Source: a bacterium (lineage in GTDB: Bacteria; Zhuqueibacterota; Zhuqueibacteria; Oceanimicrobiales; Oceanimicrobiaceae). From it: a DNA stretch of 40,043 bases. A program made the position numbers and the translations under genes. Positions 35,824 through 40,043 of this stretch are shown in pieces (positions within the stretch are counted from its first letter, which is position 1; each line of letters opens with the position of its first letter). Under the pieces are notes generated by a model that made no database searches, was not told the origin of the DNA, and worked only from the letters and a program-made list of their open reading frames with translations. The stretch lies in contig JBBIIG010000017.1 of the NCBI GenBank assembly GCA_037446635.1, positions 32,835 through 72,877 of the forward strand. The letters are read 5' to 3'.

Positions 35824-37269
35824 CTAATGGGAGTTCAGCGCGCGCAGAATTTTTTTCGTGGTTTCGGATTGCGGGTTGATGGTGAGCGCTTTCTTAAAAG
35901 TCTCGATGGCCAATTCCAAATAACCGCCGGCCATATACGCCTTTCCTAAACTTTCATAGGTGTTGTCCGAAGTCGCAAACAGGTAGTTGTTGAATTCGAA
36001 CAAATTAATGGCTTCTTCATAGCGCTGTTTTTTTAACAACTCTTTGGCATGTTGATCGATCCGCGCTTCGATGATCTCGCCCTGGTATTTTCGGTTTTCA
36101 TAGTACAGCACGCCTTCCAGCGAGCCGTGCAGCGCCGTATATTCCGCGATGTCGCGATTGAATTCCTCATCGATAGCCTCTTCGATGTCTTTGTAAATTC
36201 CACCTAACGTCAGCGCATTCCGTGGAAACATGGTCAAGTTGGCGAGCGCCACAAAGCCGGCGTCCTTTTTGGGGAAGTAATAAAACGTGCTCAACACGCC
36301 GTAAATGAAGCCGTCGTGATAAACATAAATCAGCTCGTCGCCCCAATAGCGCAGACGAAAACCGAGGGCGTAATAATCGCGCACGCGGCGGCCGTCGCGC
36401 TCGCCCAGATCTTTGGTGAGGACGGCGTGGCCGGCAAGGTAGTTGAGAAATCTCGGATTCAGGTGATGGCGCAAAAATATCGCCAGCGCTTTGGGCGAAG
36501 TTTGCGCCAGCGCCGCCGGCTCCCAGATCGTGAAGTCCACCAATTTGTGGAGATGCGGGCGGTTGTAACGGCGGACGTAGTTTTTCACCAGGCGCTGGCC
36601 AGCGTCGCCGTTTTGATTCACAAAATAGAGCGGCTCGCCGGTGATGCGAAAATAGTAATCGCCGGCAACTTTTGTAAAAGGCTCGCCGGTCACAATTTCC
36701 ACCAACGCGCCGAGGGCGGCGTAGTTGATGTTGGCGTAGCGGTGGCGCTTGGTCTTCAATTGCGGCGGCAAAAGTTTTACGATGTTGCGGTAACTGGAAT
36801 TGGCTAAATAATGTTCGTTCTCATTTTCCCGGCGCAGGCCGCTGGTGTGGTTCAACAAATCCTGCACCGTGATATTTTTGGGGAAGCCGGCGAGGTAGTG
36901 GCAAACGGAGTCGCTCAACGCGAGCCGATCTTGTTTAATCAGATCGATGATCACGGCGCCGGTGATAGTTTTGGTAACCGAAGCCAGAGTGTAGATATGA
37001 TCCGGCGTGGCGGCGATTTTTTCTTCCAAATCGGCGTAACCCACCGAATAGTCGAGGCGGTACTCCGGCCCCAGGAACATGGCGTAGCTCAGCGAGGTTA
37101 GGTTTTGGGATTTTTGATAAGCGTTCAGATAATTCACTATCCGAGATTGAACTTTTTCAACAAAAAGTTTTTCTTGGCTGAGAGTGAGTTGGGGGGAAAG
37201 CACAAAGCAGAAAAAACCAATAAATGAAGCAAATAAGTCAATCTGTTGGGAACGCGTTCTTGATGTCAT
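35824..37269 (-). CDS. Serine hydrolase (beta-lactamase class C-like) with C-terminal TPR
   Basis: SVTK (SxxK), LLNHTSGL, YAN (YxN), HDG; YESLGKAY..KKALTINP; ATG 37269 or TTG 37275. Confidence 0.85.
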   Translation of the reverse strand: MTSRTRSQQIDLFASFIGFFCFVLSPQLTLSQEKLFVEKVQSRIVNYLNAYQKSQNLTSLSYAMFLGPEYRLDYSVGYADLEEKIAATPDHIYTLASVTKTITGAVIIDLIKQDRLALSDSVCHYLAGFPKNITVQDLLNHTSGLRRENENEHYLANSSYRNIVKLLPPQLKTKRHRYANINYAALGALVEIVTGEPFTKVAGDYYFRITGEPLYFVNQNGDAGQRLVKNYVRRYNRPHLHKLVDFTIWEPAALAQTSPKALAIFLRHHLNPRFLNYLAGHAVLTKDLGERDGRRVRDYYALGFRLRYWGDELIYVYHDGFIYGVLSTFYYFPKKDAGFVALANLTMFPRNALTLGGIYKDIEEAIDEEFNRDIAEYTALHGSLEGVLYYENRKYQGEIIEARIDQHAKELLKKQRYEEAINLFEFNNYLFATSDNTYESLGKAYMAGGYLELAIETFKKALTINPQSETTKKILRALNSH

Positions 37270-37446
37270 AACCAAGGTTCTGCTTAAATCCTCTTCTCTG
37301 TTTTTTATCGGCGGAAGAAGTCAAAACCAAAAGTGAATCTTCAGCTTTGTTTTAATTTGGAACAGGTAATGCGGCAGCGCAGGTAACGCAAATAACAACG
37401 CAAGTAATATACATTCATACTCCTTAATTTCAACAAAAAATTTTAA

Positions 37447-37485
37447 GAAAATAAAAGCCTCGCCCGTTGGGTTCAGACGAGGCTT
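37447..37485 (-). terminator. Intrinsic terminator after the DUF2892 gene
   Basis: Minus strand AAGCCTCG..CGAGGCTT stem followed by TTATTTT. Confidence 0.6.
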
Positions 37486-37510
37486 GTGATAAATTGTGAA
37501 AGGTAGGATT

Positions 37511-37714
37511 TTAATTTGTTTTCTCAACAGAACAGGTGTTCAGTCCGAAGAGCATGTACAACGGGCACCAGGAAACCAGCGCCGTGAGCAGCGGCACGAA
37601 TCCTACCACGGCTAAATAACGCCAACTGCCCTCGAGGACAAAGAACAAGCTGAACAGCGCCAGCGCGATGATCACGCGGATGACTTTATCCAGGGAACCG
37701 ACATTTGCTTTCAT
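37511..37714 (-). CDS. DUF2892 (YgaP-like) membrane protein
   Basis: NVGSLDKVIR, two TM helices, WCPLY..GLNTC; GGAGG RBS. Confidence 0.9.
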   Translation of the reverse strand: MKANVGSLDKVIRVIIALALFSLFFVLEGSWRYLAVVGFVPLLTALVSWCPLYMLFGLNTCSVEKTN

Positions 37715-37767
37715 AACAAACCTCCATGAATTTTAGATTAAAAAGTTTCGTTTAATTCGTCCGTTCC

Positions 37768-37809
37768 AATATAACAGTTATTGAGCAGGAGGTCTGTGAC
37801 TTAATCACA
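37768..37809 (-). promoter_or_regulatory. Crp/Fnr-type box and extended -10 upstream of DUF2892
   Basis: TGTGA-CTTAA-TCACA (37795-37809); minus-strand TGT-TATATT (-10 at 37773-37768). Confidence 0.65.
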
Positions 37810-38012
37810 AGACTATTGTAAAAAATCAAAAGCAAAGATTATTTGCCATGGCGAGGCGTTTTTTGCCGAAGCAATCTCCCGGTTATCAGGCTGAAGATTG
37901 CTTCGTCGTCCGCAACCTTAAATTTTTAGAATTTCAAAAATTTGTGTTGGACTCCTCGCCTGCCTGCAGCAGGCAGGCAATGACAGCTTGCACTGGATTT
38001 TACAATAGTCTT
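37809..38012. mobile_element. MITE-like element with perfect 15-bp TIRs
   Basis: AAGACTATTGTAAAA / TTTTACAATAGTCTT; core related to 21713-21843; carries a nested palindrome at 37958-37978. Confidence 0.75.
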
Positions 38013-38034
38013 ATTAAAGACATAACTACTTTGT

Positions 38035-38703
38035 TCACAAAAATTGTCGCAGCGTCGCTTCGTTGCGCAAGCGAATTCTCCCCCGCGCCACTTCGATGGC
38101 GCCGAGGCGCTCGAATTCTTTCAAGAGGCGGCTCACCACCTCGCGGGCCGATCCTAACTCGGTTGCGATTTGTTCGTGCGTGACATGAAGGACCGTGATT
38201 GGCCGGCCTTCATTCTCAAACCGCTGGCACAGATACTCCGCCAATCGCTTATCCATTTTGTTGAAGGTGATCTCCTCCACCAGCGCCATCAGGTCGGCCA
38301 TGCGCGTGGCTAGGGTTTGGAAGACAAAATCGCGCACCGTTGCCATCGATGCAACCCAATCTCGAAAAACTGGCGCCGGAAAAATCACTGCATCGGTTTG
38401 CGATTCCGCGACCGCCGCGGCCGGATAACTCATGCCGGCCAGCACGCAGGACGCCGTGAGAATGCAGGTCTCGCCGGCGCGCACGTGATAGAGCGTGATT
38501 TCCCGTCCGCTTTCGCCGGCTTTGTACACGCGGATGCTGCCGTTTCCCACCAGCGCCACGTGCGTACAGGCGTCGCCTTCGTGGAAATAGAAATCGCCGG
38601 GGTTGAGCTCGACTTGTGTGGCGGCACGGTCAAATTTCTGGCGCGCGGCCAGCGGGGCGTGGGCGTAAAAGCAATACTTTTGCAGGATGTCGGATTTGTC
38701 CAT
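38035..38703 (-). CDS. Crp/Fnr-family transcriptional regulator
   Basis: GREITLY..GETCILTASC in the cNMP-binding fold; HTH THEQIATELGSAREVVSRLLK. Confidence 0.92.
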   Translation of the reverse strand: MDKSDILQKYCFYAHAPLAARQKFDRAATQVELNPGDFYFHEGDACTHVALVGNGSIRVYKAGESGREITLYHVRAGETCILTASCVLAGMSYPAAAVAESQTDAVIFPAPVFRDWVASMATVRDFVFQTLATRMADLMALVEEITFNKMDKRLAEYLCQRFENEGRPITVLHVTHEQIATELGSAREVVSRLLKEFERLGAIEVARGRIRLRNEATLRQFL

Positions 38704-38957
38704 GAGGCCAATTTAAATTTCTTCGCTGGAATTTCAATCTAAAAATGAATTGGCAACAATTGGCAAATTGTTAAAATTCAACCGAACTTGCGGCATGTTG
38801 CAGAATAGTTGAGTAGTTGCTCGTTCTTCAAATTTGAAGTGGTTGAATTGACGGGTATTGGCGCAGAAATTACGAGGATATGATCCACCGTTGAATGTGC
38901 TCGTCGTTTGGTAAGAATGACACCCTTCAACACTAGGAAGTTTGGCGCCGGCGCCAG

Positions 38958-40043
38958 TCACTCACTATAAATGGCGACATCCGGAAAGAAGGTCCCCCAG
39001 GCAAACCAGTAAGCGTTGTAGGAAGTGGTGGGAGTGAGCTGTTCCCCCGTACGCGTGCCGGCGACCGCCTGACCCAGGAGGTTCCAGACGTTCCCTTCGT
39101 TGTCCACTAAATCGAAAGGATAAATGTGAGGGGCTTCGGTTTTTATGTCAAAGGTTAAAATGGTTCCGTCAGCTGTCCGGCGTGAGTAGCTGAGGTATAA
39201 ATCCGCAGTCTTCATACCGGCTATCACAACCGGCTCCCCATCTATATCATCGTTGATGGCGCGCGCCCCGTTTTCAAACAGAGTGAAGCGATACGTTTTA
39301 GCTTTTAGATTATAGCGGTCTGTGATAATTCCGTGCACGCGCTCTTTGCGGGGCAGCCGGGGGTCATCAATCTGAATTGGAAAAAGTAGAAACGGATCGG
39401 TTTTATAATTTCCATAAGGGAAAATATGATACGGTCTATCAAAGCCCGTGTTGTTGGAAAGAATTTTTGAGTTTGGAAACATTTTTTTCCAGGTTTTCCA
39501 GGAAGTCTCGATGAGCGGCACGGTGACCATGGGGGTCCCCCGGGCGATTCCGTTAACGCAGCGCAGCAACATTTGTGACCAGTTGCTGAAGGTGGTGCGA
39601 TCATACGGGATTAAGTTGTTGTTGTACAGGAAGCCGGAGACCCCAAAACTATGCAAATCGGTGTCCTGGAAGTTCAATCCGCTTTCAACTATATTGATTC
39701 CTACTCCGGACCCCGTTAACGGACAGTACGTTATAGCGATTCGGGGAGAAACAAAAAGTTCGTTGACGATTTCATGCCAATCCAAAATTCTCATGGGGTA
39801 GGCGCGCACTTCATTTTCTAGAACCAACCCATAAATAATATCGTCTTCGTTCAAAAAATTAGCCTCCTCGAGCGTAATGAATGACGGATTTTGAAGGGAC
39901 GGAATGCAGTCGAGGCCGAGACATCCGGTTATGATCGCCCCGCCGCCTCCGGTTACGTCCCACTTAGTTTTCACGTCATTGGGATTGGTTGATGGTGGTG
40001 GCGGTGGGGCATCCTGATTCGGATTATAACTAGGAAAAGTTAA
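38958..40043 (-). CDS. DUF3179 domain protein (5' end outside window)
   Basis: RAYP..ILDWHEIVN, TYCPLTGS, FGVSGFLYNNNL..YDRTT.S.WSQ, YWFAW..F.P; frame is open to the window edge (LTFPSYNPNQDAPPPPP..). Confidence 0.85.
   Translation of the reverse strand, partial: LTFPSYNPNQDAPPPPPSTNPNDVKTKWDVTGGGGAIITGCLGLDCIPSLQNPSFITLEEANFLNEDDIIYGLVLENEVRAYPMRILDWHEIVNELFVSPRIAITYCPLTGSGVGINIVESGLNFQDTDLHSFGVSGFLYNNNLIPYDRTTFSNWSQMLLRCVNGIARGTPMVTVPLIETSWKTWKKMFPNSKILSNNTGFDRPYHIFPYGNYKTDPFLLFPIQIDDPRLPRKERVHGIITDRYNLKAKTYRFTLFENGARAINDDIDGEPVVIAGMKTADLYLSYSRRTADGTILTFDIKTEAPHIYPFDLVDNEGNVWNLLGQAVAGTRTGEQLTPTTSYNAYWFAWGTFFPDVAIYSE

Noticed and set aside
35824..37269. Possible beta-lactam resistance gene
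   Set aside because: SxxK/YxN/HxG with a TPR tail fits the broad serine hydrolase family; nothing indicates beta-lactamase activity.
37848..38012. ORF starting inside the MITE as a possible transposase remnant
   Set aside because: No transposase motifs; it is translation of palindromic DNA running antisense into the Crp gene.
38958..38960. TGA as possible selenocysteine in DUF3179
   Set aside because: It falls at the normal C-terminus after the W..F.P motif, and the Cys motif is already Cys-encoded.

Overview
Bacterial window of moderate-to-high GC with about 30 genes and no rRNA, tRNA, CRISPR array or intact transposase. The gene mix (TonB-dependent receptor, Ser/Thr kinase-TPR, M1 peptidase) points to a diderm bacterium, possibly of the KSB1/FCB group (inference only). 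Main blocks, in order: (1) an alanine-dehydrogenase-like gene plus an acyl-CoA transferase behind a sigma54 promoter layout; (2) thiO; (3) a 12.4 kb same-strand cluster with a GbsR/MarR regulator, two alpha/beta hydrolases, an SDR, two acyl-CoA ligases, a TonB-dependent receptor, a KAS III-like enzyme lacking the His/Asn pair, and a Na+/solute symporter. This reads as an uptake-plus-catabolism locus for an acyl ester, with (R)-3-hydroxyalkanoate/PHA oligomers as the leading hypothesis; (4) Ser/Thr kinase-TPR, a small beta-rich protein, a papain-like protease fused to a TonB C-terminal domain, and a lipoprotein; (5) M1 peptidase, GH113 fusion, fbp, an AT-rich islet with a broken gene, threonine dehydratase, a MacB-type ABC trio, NPP, a serine hydrolase, a DUF2892 gene with a Crp/Fnr regulator, and a partial DUF3179 gene. 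Most intergenic gaps hold short palindromic or tandem repeats, often nested. These include five 33-34 bp palindromes with identical geometry but different sequence, and an 18-19 nt palindrome inserted twice into other repeats. All family calls come from reading motifs by eye; no database search was run.
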